From Candidatus Aminicenantes bacterium (GTDB taxonomy: Bacteria; Acidobacteriota; Aminicenantia; Aminicenantales; JAFGAV01), in NCBI GenBank assembly GCA_963705895.1, contig OY970122.1:1634774-1698773 (forward strand): a stretch of 64,000 bases of DNA, in the 5' to 3' direction. The notes beneath the pieces were generated by a model. That model saw only the letters and a program-made list of their open reading frames with translations, made no database searches and was not told where the DNA came from. Positions 19,389-28,306 of this stretch are shown here, piece by piece; position 1 is the first letter of the stretch; the number at the start of each line of letters is the position of its first letter. Both the position numbers and the translations under genes were made by a program.

Positions 19389-20600
19389 TTAATTTGCTCC
19401 ATGCTTTTTGAGCAACTCGGCCATTTCTTTGTGGCCGTTCATCAGAGCAATGCCCAGTGGACTTGTACCTCGTGGATCTACACCATCATAGCGCCTAGCG
19501 TTTATATCGGCTCCCATGCCGATTAGCAACTCGACCATCCCTATGCGGTTATTTGCAGCTGCGCCGTATAATGGAGTCGTGCCATACTTGTCTTTGTCGT
19601 TAATATTCGCGCCCCTGGCAGTTAATAGCGCAATCACATCTATGCTGCCGCCAGAGGCGGCCCAGTGCATGGCTGTATTGCCGGCAAAGCCCCTACAGTT
19701 AATATCTGCACCCTTCGCGATCAGCAGTTCGGCTATATCTTTTTGATTACGAAAGGCCGCTTCATGCAGAGGCGTCATCTCATTGTTATCCTTGGCGTTC
19801 ACATCTGCTCCCTTGCCGATAAGGAACTGCGCCACATCGTTGCGGCCTCCCACAATCGCCAAATGCAGCGGCGTGCACCTGGACTTATTTTTGGCGTCCA
19901 GTTCCGCCCCATTGGCAATTAGTAGCTCGGCACCTTTCCTGCTTCGACTGTGCAGAGGTGTCCAGTCATTGTTATCCTTGGCATTCACATCTGCACCCTT
20001 TCTTATTAGAAGCCCTACCACTTCATCGCTCGCAAAAACCGTCGCCCAATGCAGTGGCGTCCAACCCCAGTTATCCGCGCCGTTAATATCGGCTCCCCGG
20101 CGTATTAATACTTGGGCTATTTCCTTTGCCGCTTCTTGTGTGCTGTCGTTCGAGGGCTTAAAGCCTGACGTATTTCCTCGGGCCATTATTGACAAAACTT
20201 TGTCCCCGCTCCTATCATGAAGGAGTGTCCTCCCCTCCTTATCTTTGGCATTTAAATCCGCGCCCTTTTCAATCAATAACTCGACGATTTTTTCCTTGGC
20301 TTCCCTCGCTGCCTCGATGAGCGGCGTCCTGCCCCAACCGTCCTTTGCATTAATATCAGCCCCGGCGGCAATAAGTAGCTTTGCCATATCTAGATTGTTT
20401 TTCCGGGTGGCCAATTGCAGCGGCGTTTGCCCAACAGAATCTTTTGCGTTTACGTCCGCGCCTTTGGCGAGCAACATCTTGACCGCTTCTTCGTTCTCCT
20501 GGTGGATGGCCTCATGAAGTGGAGTAGGCCGAAGAATGTCTTCAAACGAAATCCTTTTGCGTCCTTTAAAGAAAGCCAGGAATCTTTTTAAGCCCATCAT
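19389..20600 (-). CDS. Ankyrin repeat protein (~11 ANK repeats)
   Basis: Repeated TPLHxAxxxxxxxxxxLLxxGADxNAKD units throughout. No signal peptide. Confidence 0.85.
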   Translation of the reverse strand: MMGLKRFLAFFKGRKRISFEDILRPTPLHEAIHQENEEAVKMLLAKGADVNAKDSVGQTPLQLATRKNNLDMAKLLIAAGADINAKDGWGRTPLIEAAREAKEKIVELLIEKGADLNAKDKEGRTLLHDRSGDKVLSIMARGNTSGFKPSNDSTQEAAKEIAQVLIRRGADINGADNWGWTPLHWATVFASDEVVGLLIRKGADVNAKDNNDWTPLHSRSRKGAELLIANGAELDAKNKSRCTPLHLAIVGGRNDVAQFLIGKGADVNAKDNNEMTPLHEAAFRNQKDIAELLIAKGADINCRGFAGNTAMHWAASGGSIDVIALLTARGANINDKDKYGTTPLYGAAANNRIGMVELLIGMGADINARRYDGVDPRGTSPLGIALMNGHKEMAELLKKHGAN

Positions 20601-20829
20601 ACTTTCCTAATCAAAGCGAACGTTTCATTCTTCGGATCTTTTATCATAATCAGTAATTTTATTTGATACTCCGATGACGGAGTTGTCAATGACCCGTGGA
20701 GGCCAATTCTAGTTTCTTGCCTAAACCTAGACCGAAATGAGGTGAAAATGAGCGAAGGTAGAGGATTGGTTAGAAATTGGGACCGAAGCGCATTTGCTTG
20801 GTCTATCGGGGTTTTCTTAGTAATTGAAT

Positions 20830-20877
20830 TGGTGGAGCTGACCAGGATCGAACTGGCGACCTCTTGAATGCCATTCA
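20830..20877 (-). repeat. Partial 3' copy of tRNA-Ala (48 nt, exact); att-like direct repeat adjacent to the integrase
   Basis: Identical to tRNA-Ala positions ~29-76. It diverges 5' of the anticodon loop. Confidence 0.85.
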
Positions 20878-20892
20878 CCTTGTTCATTTCGG

Positions 20893-21969
20893 TTAATTGT
20901 ATGCGGACGAGCGAGTTGCGGGAGTTTCCGCTTTCGGTTTATCGACCCGAATGACGGGATTTATGCCAGCATAGAGCGCCTCGAACTTCTCCATCCCGGC
21001 TTGCATATCCTCGAAGGTCTCATGGACATAGCGCATCGTCATCTCGGTCTTGGAGTGACCGAGGATCTTCTGGAGGGCCACGACGTCGTGCGTCGCCCGG
21101 TAGTACCAGGTGGCGAAGGTATGTCTCAGGTCATGGAAGCGCAGCCCTTTGATCTCCGCCCGCCGGCAAGCCGTATGGAATGAGGTCTTGACGTCCTTCA
21201 CGCCGAACACAAACGCATCCCGGCGAGGGATCGCCTTCAGGATCTCGACCACCACAGAATCCATCGGGACCTCTCTCGGTTTTTTACTCTTCGCCTCCGC
21301 GGCTAGGATGGTGATGAACCTTTCTCTAAACCTCACGTTCTCCCACCTCAGCCCCAGGACCTCGCCCTTCCTCATCCCGGTGTGCAGGGCGACAAGCAGG
21401 ATGGGTTTCAGGCTGGCGCTGGCGCACTCCACTAATCGTCCCCGCTCCCCGCTGGTAAGGATGCGCTCCGGTTTCGGTTCATCATCCTTCTCTATATCCG
21501 CGGTGGGGTCGTCGGTGATCTTCTTCCAGCGGAGAGCCTTCTGGCAGATCGCCCGCAAACAACTAAGCTCCCGGTTGACCGAGCATGGAGAGGCTTTTGT
21601 TGCTTTCCTAGCAGCCTGATACCTTTCCACAAACTCGGGCGTAATATCCTGAAGCGACTTCCCCTTGAGTGCCGGGACCAAGTGAACGCGGATCGAGTTC
21701 TCATAGCTCGCCATCGTGTTGGGGCGGATCTTTCCCTTCTCTGCGAGGAGTTTGAGGTAGTCCTCGGCGAAGTCCTCAAACAGGACCGGCTTCATGGCCG
21801 GCGCAGGGTTCTCAAAAATGCCGTGCTTTTCTTTTTTAAGATGTTCGAGCTTCTCATACATCGCCCGCTCTGTGTCCGCCCTGGAAAGCCCGGTGATGAC
21901 CCGATAGCGACGATAATCGAAGGTTAAGTCATAGAACCATTGGCCTTTATCGTTTTTGCTGACTTTCAT
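20893..21969 (-). CDS. Tyrosine recombinase / phage integrase
   Basis: C-terminal catalytic motifs (HDLRHTFAT...LGHSKTEMTMRYVH) and an N-terminal SAM-like domain. ATG at 21969 overlaps the stop of the upstream small ORF. Confidence 0.85.
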   Translation of the reverse strand: MKVSKNDKGQWFYDLTFDYRRYRVITGLSRADTERAMYEKLEHLKKEKHGIFENPAPAMKPVLFEDFAEDYLKLLAEKGKIRPNTMASYENSIRVHLVPALKGKSLQDITPEFVERYQAARKATKASPCSVNRELSCLRAICQKALRWKKITDDPTADIEKDDEPKPERILTSGERGRLVECASASLKPILLVALHTGMRKGEVLGLRWENVRFRERFITILAAEAKSKKPREVPMDSVVVEILKAIPRRDAFVFGVKDVKTSFHTACRRAEIKGLRFHDLRHTFATWYYRATHDVVALQKILGHSKTEMTMRYVHETFEDMQAGMEKFEALYAGINPVIRVDKPKAETPATRSSAYN

Positions 21970-22175
21970 TCTTCCCTCCAATCATCTGTGAAGAACCTCA
22001 GCTTATTCAATATCGAGCGCCATCTGCGCTGGATCTTTTTAAAATCTGCCTCTGATAAATTCTTGGGCGGTTCGGCCGGGATTTCACGAAGAGCATCTTC
22101 CAGTTTAAAATAATAGAGGAGCGCTCGACCCCGCATTATGAAGTTCTCCAGATTATCGTTCTTGCTGACCTTCAT
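21966..22175 (-). CDS. Small hypothetical protein, translationally coupled to int
   Basis: 69 aa. ATGA overlaps at both ends. The N-terminus MKVSKND duplicates the integrase N-terminus through a ~20-nt direct repeat. Confidence 0.35.
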   Translation of the reverse strand: MKVSKNDNLENFIMRGRALLYYFKLEDALREIPAEPPKNLSEADFKKIQRRWRSILNKLRFFTDDWREE

Positions 22176-22441
22176 CGTTTCCTCACCTCACCGCATTTGA
22201 ACCACGGCAGACTCGGCCCATCCTCTTCGCCCCCGCGCAAATAATCTTCGACAACCTCAATCGTGAACTCGGGAAGCAGTTGCCCCCAAATCCATTTAGA
22301 GAGGGTTTCAAGCTCAGCCCTGGACGGGGCATAGAGGATATGTTCGGTATCTCCCAGCGCCCTGAGCAGACGCATGGCCTCGCTTGCCGAGAACGTGCGC
22401 AGCCTGGTCATGTGTCGCCTCCTGCGTCCACTAGTAGCCAT
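22172..22441 (-). CDS. Small hypothetical protein
   Basis: 89 aa. Overlaps the downstream ORF start. Sits in the integrase module. Confidence 0.3.
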   Translation of the reverse strand: MATSGRRRRHMTRLRTFSASEAMRLLRALGDTEHILYAPSRAELETLSKWIWGQLLPEFTIEVVEDYLRGGEEDGPSLPWFKCGEVRKR

Positions 22442-22524
22442 AGGATACTAATATATTCTTTTATAGGCTGATGTCAAGGAAATTCTTTTCTTTTCTTGCT
22501 ATCCCTGGGCGATAGTGGTAGGCT

Positions 22525-22746
22525 TTGGATGTGGACGAATATCTGACCAAGAAGCAGCTAGAGGTCTATCTACATATCAGCCATGGGACCGTCCAGGCGT
22601 TGATGAAGCAAATCCCCTACGTGAAGCTCGGGAAACGGGTCTTATTTCGCCGGCAGGACGTGGACGCCTTCATGGAGGGGAAATTGGTCAGGAAACCCCT
22701 GCGCAAATCCCGGAGCAGGGCTAAACAGGCCCCTAGGATGCTCTAG
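22525..22746 (+). CDS. AlpA/excisionase-like HTH DNA-binding protein
   Basis: LTKKQLEVYLHISHGTVQALMKQIPYVKLGKRVLFRRQDVDAFM resembles a MerR/AlpA-type winged HTH. Transcribed divergently from the int side. Confidence 0.6.
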   Translation: MDVDEYLTKKQLEVYLHISHGTVQALMKQIPYVKLGKRVLFRRQDVDAFMEGKLVRKPLRKSRSRAKQAPRML

Positions 22747-22790
22747 GACGGGCTTTCAGGCGCAGCCGGGGCCGATGGGACGCGGGTTTT

Positions 22791-22979
22791 CTAGTCGGCC
22801 TTTCCCGAGGCCGTCGTTTTCCTTAGTCTGGCCCTGAGCCGTTTCCAGAAGTCGCGCTTCTGCACCTTGTCCATGCCGTCCGTCGCCATGTCAAGAAGGG
22901 CCGTGATGACGCCCTGAACCTCAAATTGATCGAAGCTAATGACGTGGTCCTTCTTCCCCAGGTTCTTGATGGTCGCCAT
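22791..22979 (-). CDS. Hypothetical small protein
   Basis: 62 aa. Tightly packed with the next gene. Confidence 0.3.
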   Translation of the reverse strand: MATIKNLGKKDHVISFDQFEVQGVITALLDMATDGMDKVQKRDFWKRLRARLRKTTASGKAD

Positions 22980-22981
22980 TT

Positions 22982-23383
22982 TTAGTCCTCGAAAGCCTTG
23001 TCCAGGGACGCAAGGTGCGACTTGACCCGCTCCAAAAATGCGCGTCCTTCATGGCTTAGAATGTGCCCTTGATACTTCAGGATAACCTCATTCCTCACAG
23101 GAAAATATTTCGCACCAAGATCCTTGATGGTTTTTTTATTCTTTTCGCCCCGGCCGAATTCATGCCAACAGGCTGCATTGTTCCCCGCCTTGTAGGTCAT
23201 CGCCTTCGCCGCGATTTGGGACAGGCCGTCCACCTCTGCCGTAAGGTCCGCAACCGCCTTGTCCTCGTTCGCCTTGAACCCGGCATTGATCTTCTCCTCC
23301 GGGGTGAGCTCGGGTTCTCCCGCCGCCTTCCTCGCACTTTCCGCGAGTTCCGCGTGGATCGCGTCTAGTTGTCGATTACTCAT
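22982..23383 (-). CDS. Hypothetical protein (element core)
   Basis: 133 aa. No recognised family. Confidence 0.4.
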   Translation of the reverse strand: MSNRQLDAIHAELAESARKAAGEPELTPEEKINAGFKANEDKAVADLTAEVDGLSQIAAKAMTYKAGNNAACWHEFGRGEKNKKTIKDLGAKYFPVRNEVILKYQGHILSHEGRAFLERVKSHLASLDKAFED

Positions 23384-23388
23384 TGTTT

Positions 23389-23551
23389 TCCTCCATAATT
23401 TTCTTTAGGTCGTCCGCTGAAAGTAGCGGCTCATGTTTCGCCTTTTCGTTAGCCGCAAGTCCGGCCTGGATCTTCTCTATCGTCTTTTCCTCGGGCTTGA
23501 GCTGCCGTTTATAGACCGGCTTGTCTTTCGGTTCTTCTGTCATTGTTTCCT
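23389..23551 (-). CDS. Inferred small ORF (~53 aa) not in the ORF track
   Basis: The reverse strand reads ATG ACA GAA GAA CCG AAA... through to a TGA that overlaps the next start at 23383. It fills an otherwise empty gap with ATGA coupling. Confidence 0.3.
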
Positions 23552-23926
23552 CACTTTTATCTGTCTCGCCTTCCGTTCTCGCCGTCCGATATAAGTTCCG
23601 TGGCCGTGGAATTCCTGCGCGTCTTTGACCTTCTTGGCCTGACGCGCCGCCTCTCGGTCGGGTGTGAATGGATTTCCCGGATTCCGATTGATTGCATCCT
23701 CCGCCCTGTGCATCGCTTCAACCTCCTCCCGACTCTTTGCCCTCGCAAGAATATGGCCCTTGACGATCGCCCGCGCGGCCTCATCCTCAATCGTGCAGCC
23801 TTTTAACAAAAGTTTCCCCGCGTCCTCAACGTTCGACGTCGAACCTTTGCCCTGATAAAAGTCCACGGCCCCAAAATAGCCCGTGAAGTCCGCCCTCCAA
23901 TGTTGGATGATAAAAATATTGCTCAT
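23540..23926 (-). CDS. Hypothetical protein
   Basis: 128 aa. Overlaps both neighbours. Confidence 0.4.
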   Translation of the reverse strand: MSNIFIIQHWRADFTGYFGAVDFYQGKGSTSNVEDAGKLLLKGCTIEDEAARAIVKGHILARAKSREEVEAMHRAEDAINRNPGNPFTPDREAARQAKKVKDAQEFHGHGTYIGRRERKARQIKVRKQ

Positions 23927-24195
23927 CGCTTCGGCACCCCCAAGGTTTCAAAATCGACGGGCGGGTTTCGATATCCGCACCCGAGATTCGACATAATGAG
24001 CGCGTCCTTTACGGCCCGGTCCAGCAATTCCGTGATGAACGTGAAGGCCGCCTGTTCGCCGAGAGTCTTGATGAGCTGCACCCGCTTCAGGTTCATCTCG
24101 TACTCACGGCCCTGAAAGTCTGTCAAGATCGCTTCGCCTCCCTCTAAGCTGACGCCCATCGTCGCCTGATACTTGGTCGGCTTTTCTTTTTCCAT
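23923..24195 (-). CDS. Hypothetical protein
   Basis: 90 aa. Lies upstream of terL. Confidence 0.4.
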   Translation of the reverse strand: MEKEKPTKYQATMGVSLEGGEAILTDFQGREYEMNLKRVQLIKTLGEQAAFTFITELLDRAVKDALIMSNLGCGYRNPPVDFETLGVPKR

Positions 24196-24304
24196 CTTTC
24201 CTCCTATCGAAGTTAGTGGGGGCGAGCTCAGGCCCCGCCCCCTTCTTCCTTAAAAGATTTCCAAGAGCCATAGGACGTCATGGAAACCGCCCCGGCCCTT
24301 TTTA

Positions 24305-25747
24305 TCAGTACCATTTGCCCGTCACCGCGTTAAACTTGCCTTGGTACGCTGTCCAAGTAACCCCCTGCGGCTTCCCGGCCAGGGTGAGGGCTCCGGCAAC
24401 CGCGTTGCCTACATCGTCATGTTTCCCGGAAAGGTGGACCACCATGTCATGCCCGCCGCTGCGGACCCGCCGGTCAAGATTGGCCAACTGACCGATGAGT
24501 GTCTTATTGTCGAGAAGTTCACACGAGCGCGACGTGATGATGGGGAGCAAATCGAGATAGAGTTCGTTCGCCGAGCGCTCGGAAAACCTAACCCGAATCC
24601 CCCGAAGTTCAAATGCGTTTTTTATCCATTCCCGACTGAACCTGTCGGACGTGACCTCCAGGCAACCATAGCCCATGAGGATGGCAGCGTATTCGGCAAC
24701 CACCTGGGCAGGATCAAAACCCGGTTTCCGTTCCTTCACCAAGTCCAGGATCTTGAACCGCCCCTCCGTTTCTGCATGAGCGATAGCCAAGGTAAAACTA
24801 TCCTGCCCGCCCATGCTCGGGTCGATAAAGGCCGTGTACTTCAAGCCGCGAAGGGCAGGCAACTCGAAGCGGTCAGGCACCACACACGCCTGGAGCGCCT
24901 CGAAGGACAGGAATGATTCGATATCGGCCCGCCATTGGCTGAGCCATTCGGCGCTCGCCTGCTGAGGGTCATCCACCAGCGCCTCCTTGATGATCTCCGC
25001 GTCAAGCGTCGGGTTCATGGTCATGCTCGGCGCAAGCCACACAAACGCCCGGCCCTCATGCCCGAAGTTCTTTTTGTAGCTTTGCCATAAAATTCCCCTC
25101 CGCGCATAGGCCGTCGAAATACTCAAAAGCAGGCTCTCGGGAATTGTCGCCAACGCCGGCCTGATAGCCCCCAGGACTTCCTCATCCGGGTTCGCACTGT
25201 CCTCTGCTCGCCAGAAAGAAACTTCTTCCAAAATCGCCCCGATCAACGTATAGCCCCGGACACTCCTGAAGCTCGCCGTCTTAACCGATATCGTAATGCC
25301 GTTCTTCAGGTCAATGCTCTCGACGGTCTCCTTGTCGATCATCTTTCGCAAAATGGGCGAACCGCGCAATAACCCGCCGATATAGCGACGAATTATTTTC
25401 GCCTGGTCCTTATCGCAGGCCAGGATGAAGAAGTAACCTCGTTCACCGGGACTCAGGAAGGGAGTCCAGTCCTTAAAACAGCTTAGATAAACAGCGATGA
25501 CCGAGCTGATATAGCTCTTGCCCGATCTACGGCCAGCTATCGCCGAACACTCCCGGATCTTCTCTTTGGGGGGCATGGCAAGGTCAGTACAGTCCCGGAG
25601 CAACTTCAAGTCATCGGAGTCCTGAATCTCCAGCCCAAAGAGCGCTTTCAAAAACACCATCCAGGGACGCCATGTCGAAAGGTCCTTGAACGCGCCGCCC
25701 AAAAGGTTCTTGTCCTCTATGGCCTGGATGATATTGAGATCGTTCAT
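24305..25747 (-). CDS. Terminase large subunit-like protein
   Basis: Walker A AGRRSGKSY, Walker B-like LIGAILEEVSFW and a C-terminal RNaseH-like nuclease pattern (FIDPSMGGQDSFTLAIAH). Confidence 0.7.
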   Translation of the reverse strand: MNDLNIIQAIEDKNLLGGAFKDLSTWRPWMVFLKALFGLEIQDSDDLKLLRDCTDLAMPPKEKIRECSAIAGRRSGKSYISSVIAVYLSCFKDWTPFLSPGERGYFFILACDKDQAKIIRRYIGGLLRGSPILRKMIDKETVESIDLKNGITISVKTASFRSVRGYTLIGAILEEVSFWRAEDSANPDEEVLGAIRPALATIPESLLLSISTAYARRGILWQSYKKNFGHEGRAFVWLAPSMTMNPTLDAEIIKEALVDDPQQASAEWLSQWRADIESFLSFEALQACVVPDRFELPALRGLKYTAFIDPSMGGQDSFTLAIAHAETEGRFKILDLVKERKPGFDPAQVVAEYAAILMGYGCLEVTSDRFSREWIKNAFELRGIRVRFSERSANELYLDLLPIITSRSCELLDNKTLIGQLANLDRRVRSGGHDMVVHLSGKHDDVGNAVAGALTLAGKPQGVTWTAYQGKFNAVTGKWY

Positions 25748-26262
25748 TCCTTGCCGTCCTTATCGCTCACATTTGCCCCAGGTTGAACGATCTCCGAGCC
25801 GCCCTTGTCCGAGGACGCGGGTTTTGCCTTGCCGTACTTCGTCTCAACATACCGGCCAAGGTCAAGTGTCTCATCCGCCCGCTTCCTATCTATGCCTAGA
25901 GTCTGAAGGTCACGACGCAGGGCCTCGGCATAAGTGACGTATGATCGGGCAAGGACCGGGCTTAATTCATGGCCTCGAAATACGCCTTCCTCTCTGACCT
26001 GTTCCTCTATGCAGCGAAGGACTGAGAGTTTCCCGATGAGGGAATTGATGATGATTCTCTGTGCAGTCGTGAGGTCCGCCTCTGTCGGCCCCAGGTCCCG
26101 GATGAGGCCGTCCCGGACCTCAGTTAAATAAGCCCTGAGATACGTCCGGCGCTTTGGCAATTCGCCTGCCCTAATCATGAGCGAATAGGCACCATGTCGG
26201 GGCGGCCGGCCTATCCTCACTTTCGGCTTTTGCAGATTGTCTTTAATCATCGTTATTTTCAC
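25744..26262 (-). CDS. Putative terminase small subunit
   Basis: 172-aa basic protein immediately upstream of terL and overlapping it. Assignment rests on position and composition. Confidence 0.4.
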   Translation of the reverse strand: MKITMIKDNLQKPKVRIGRPPRHGAYSLMIRAGELPKRRTYLRAYLTEVRDGLIRDLGPTEADLTTAQRIIINSLIGKLSVLRCIEEQVREEGVFRGHELSPVLARSYVTYAEALRRDLQTLGIDRKRADETLDLGRYVETKYGKAKPASSDKGGSEIVQPGANVSDKDGKE

Positions 26263-26605
26263 TTTAAGCCATATTTCAAATAGGTTTCAAAATGGCAGCG
26301 GACCCGGCAACGACCACTTCCACCGCTTCCCGATGTTTCCCGATTTCCTCTATTGACAAGACAATATGACTTGCCGAGAGCATGACAGGCAATCAGAAGG
26401 CCGGGCAGCTCTCTCAGGCTTTCTATAAGCACAGAACGGGCAAAAGGGTGCCTGTCTCCGGCGATGTTTTTCGGCGATGGGCTGGATTGCCCTAGGCTCT
26501 CTAGGCTGTACTCATTGGTATTCTTTGGACTTTTTCCAATGAATACACACAACCCCCATATTTCCCAAAGAATACTAAAGAATACATAAAAAGAGTCTAA
26601 GGGTT
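26263..26605. promoter_or_regulatory. Putative replication origin of the element (iterons plus inverted repeat)
   Basis: Lower-GC stretch directly downstream of the primase-helicase gene. Direct repeats CTAGGCT x2 at 26492-26507 and AAAGAATAC x2. A 12-nt inverted repeat GGTATTCTTTGG / CCAAAGAATACC spans 26515-26575. Confidence 0.35.
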
Positions 26606-27889
26606 TCATGGCTTTCCCTTGGGCAGATACCAGAACCAGCGGCCTTGATACTTGGGCTCCTTATCGGCTATAAGGCCGAGCTTGACCCGTGCCCTTTTGA
26701 TCGTCCATTCGGCGAGACCTTCCTCCCTTGCCTCGGCGATAACGTCGTCGCTGAAGATAACGCCTCCCTCTTTGACTACTTTGAGCTTGGGCTTGATGAA
26801 TTCGACGGCTCGGGTGACCTCGATATTTTCGAGCGGGGGGCAGATCAGGACGTTGGGATCCACGTCGATCAGGTTTGAATATTCGATTTTGGCCGTTTCG
26901 ATGTCGTCTCCGTTTGGGGCTTTGAACGTGATGGGCTGAATGATAAAGGATAGGCTTTTAGTGCCGCCCGTGATATTGCTTTTTTGTGGGACAAGCAGGC
27001 GGACATTCCGGGGATCCTCGGGCCGTCTTATGACGGACCAAGACATTTTAACGCCGGCCATGAATTGAGCGCTGCCCGAGGTTCGGTTGATTGCCTTCGG
27101 GTCTTGGGCCTTGGCGAAGTGCATCACGGCAACTACTGCAACCCCGACCCGATAGGCAAGGGTGCTGAGTAGGTCCATCGCTCGCCGTACCTGGTTTTGC
27201 TGATTCGTATTAATTCGCTCCGGGAGAAAAGAGGCTATGGGGTCAATGACGATGAGTTTGAGTTCTGGGCAGGTCCGAGCGTCATTTTCAAGTTTCGGAA
27301 GGTGCTGCGTAATGTCGAAAATATCGAACTCGCCCTCTTTGTTATAAACGCCTTCGATGAGGTCCACCTTGCTAAGATCGGCGCCGGCCGCGATAAGCCG
27401 AGGGACCAGAATCATCTCCGGGACACCTTCGCTGCTGACATAGAACACCCGGCCTTGGACAACTTCGCCGGGTTTGTCATAGAGGGGGAACGCAACGCCT
27501 TTCGAGACGCGGGCGGTTGCGTCCAGGGTGACTAAGGTTTTCCCCTCCCCGGCGTCGCCCGTGATTGCCGTTGCCATATAAGACGGGATCACGCCGCGCC
27601 ATAGATAGGGAATTTTTCTGATTCCGACGTTCTTCGTATTTCGCCGGGCGATGATGACCTCGTCGTCAGCCTTTTTTGCGGCCGGCTTATAAAACCTTAT
27701 TGCTTCAGGGCCGGGTTTTGTATCTCTTGGAAGCGGAGTCGAGCCCGGATTATTCTTTTGATGAACGAGTTCGGCTGCATCGTCGAGTTCTTGGCGCTCT
27801 ATTTCATTTTCGGATTCATGTTTTATCATCGCCGTTCCCTGTATAAGAAGCGCAAGGGCCGGCGGCCAGGGAACCAACCAACCGGACAC
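26606..27889 (-). CDS. AAA_25/RecA-like ATPase, primase-helicase/RepA-like replication protein
   Basis: Walker A GDAGEGKT in a RecA-like context (YVSSEGVPEM...). The architecture is typical of satellite/PICI pri-rep proteins. Confidence 0.6.
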   Translation of the reverse strand: MSGWLVPWPPALALLIQGTAMIKHESENEIERQELDDAAELVHQKNNPGSTPLPRDTKPGPEAIRFYKPAAKKADDEVIIARRNTKNVGIRKIPYLWRGVIPSYMATAITGDAGEGKTLVTLDATARVSKGVAFPLYDKPGEVVQGRVFYVSSEGVPEMILVPRLIAAGADLSKVDLIEGVYNKEGEFDIFDITQHLPKLENDARTCPELKLIVIDPIASFLPERINTNQQNQVRRAMDLLSTLAYRVGVAVVAVMHFAKAQDPKAINRTSGSAQFMAGVKMSWSVIRRPEDPRNVRLLVPQKSNITGGTKSLSFIIQPITFKAPNGDDIETAKIEYSNLIDVDPNVLICPPLENIEVTRAVEFIKPKLKVVKEGGVIFSDDVIAEAREEGLAEWTIKRARVKLGLIADKEPKYQGRWFWYLPKGKP

Positions 27890-27910
27890 CTTGCGCCTTG
27901 ATTTTCTTCG

Positions 27911-28219
27911 TCACCGCTTCCCGCTGCGTCCGCGCTTGGGCTTCGCGGGTTCCAGGTGTTTCAACTCTGGGATTGGCGCTGTGCCTTCGAGGAGCGCGTC
28001 GAGTTTCAGTTTATCGACCCGGCAACCAATTCCCTTGATCTTGGTGCCCGGCACGCGGCCACATCTCAAGGACCGATACAGAGATTTTTCCGATAGATGG
28101 TAAAGCTGACATGTTTCCCGAATTGTCAACCACCGGCGCTTTTCCAGGTTTTCCAGATTTTTTAATGCCATTTTATACCTCACGCGGAAAAATATGCGCT
28201 TCTTCTCTTCCCTTGTCAA
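27911..28219 (-). CDS. HTH transcriptional regulator (AlpA/excisionase-like)
   Basis: LTIRETCQLYHLSEKSLYRSLRCGRVPGTKIKG. Confidence 0.5.
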   Translation of the reverse strand: MTREEKKRIFFRVRYKMALKNLENLEKRRWLTIRETCQLYHLSEKSLYRSLRCGRVPGTKIKGIGCRVDKLKLDALLEGTAPIPELKHLEPAKPKRGRSGKR

Positions 28220-28306
28220 GGCTAAGTAATTGATTCTAAAAGAATTAATGAGACATTAAGGGTAGTGCTTAATGTCTCTTTTTGGGGGCTTTTCGGGGGC
28301 CGGATA

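Larger units (their letters stand above)
10649..20829. mobile_element. Decayed genomic island between tRNA-Ala 3'-fragment repeats
   Basis: Bounded by two direct repeats of the tRNA-Ala 3' half. It contains a transposase remnant, a low-GC orphan, duplicated kinases, an ankyrin protein and a tRNA 5' fragment. It has no intact integrase of its own. Confidence 0.4.

Noticed and set aside
26259-26609. 116-aa ORF between the primase-helicase and terS genes
   Set aside because: Cys/Ser/Gly-odd composition in a lower-GC repeat-containing region. It is better explained as an ori/iteron region, although its ATGA overlaps at both ends leave some doubt.
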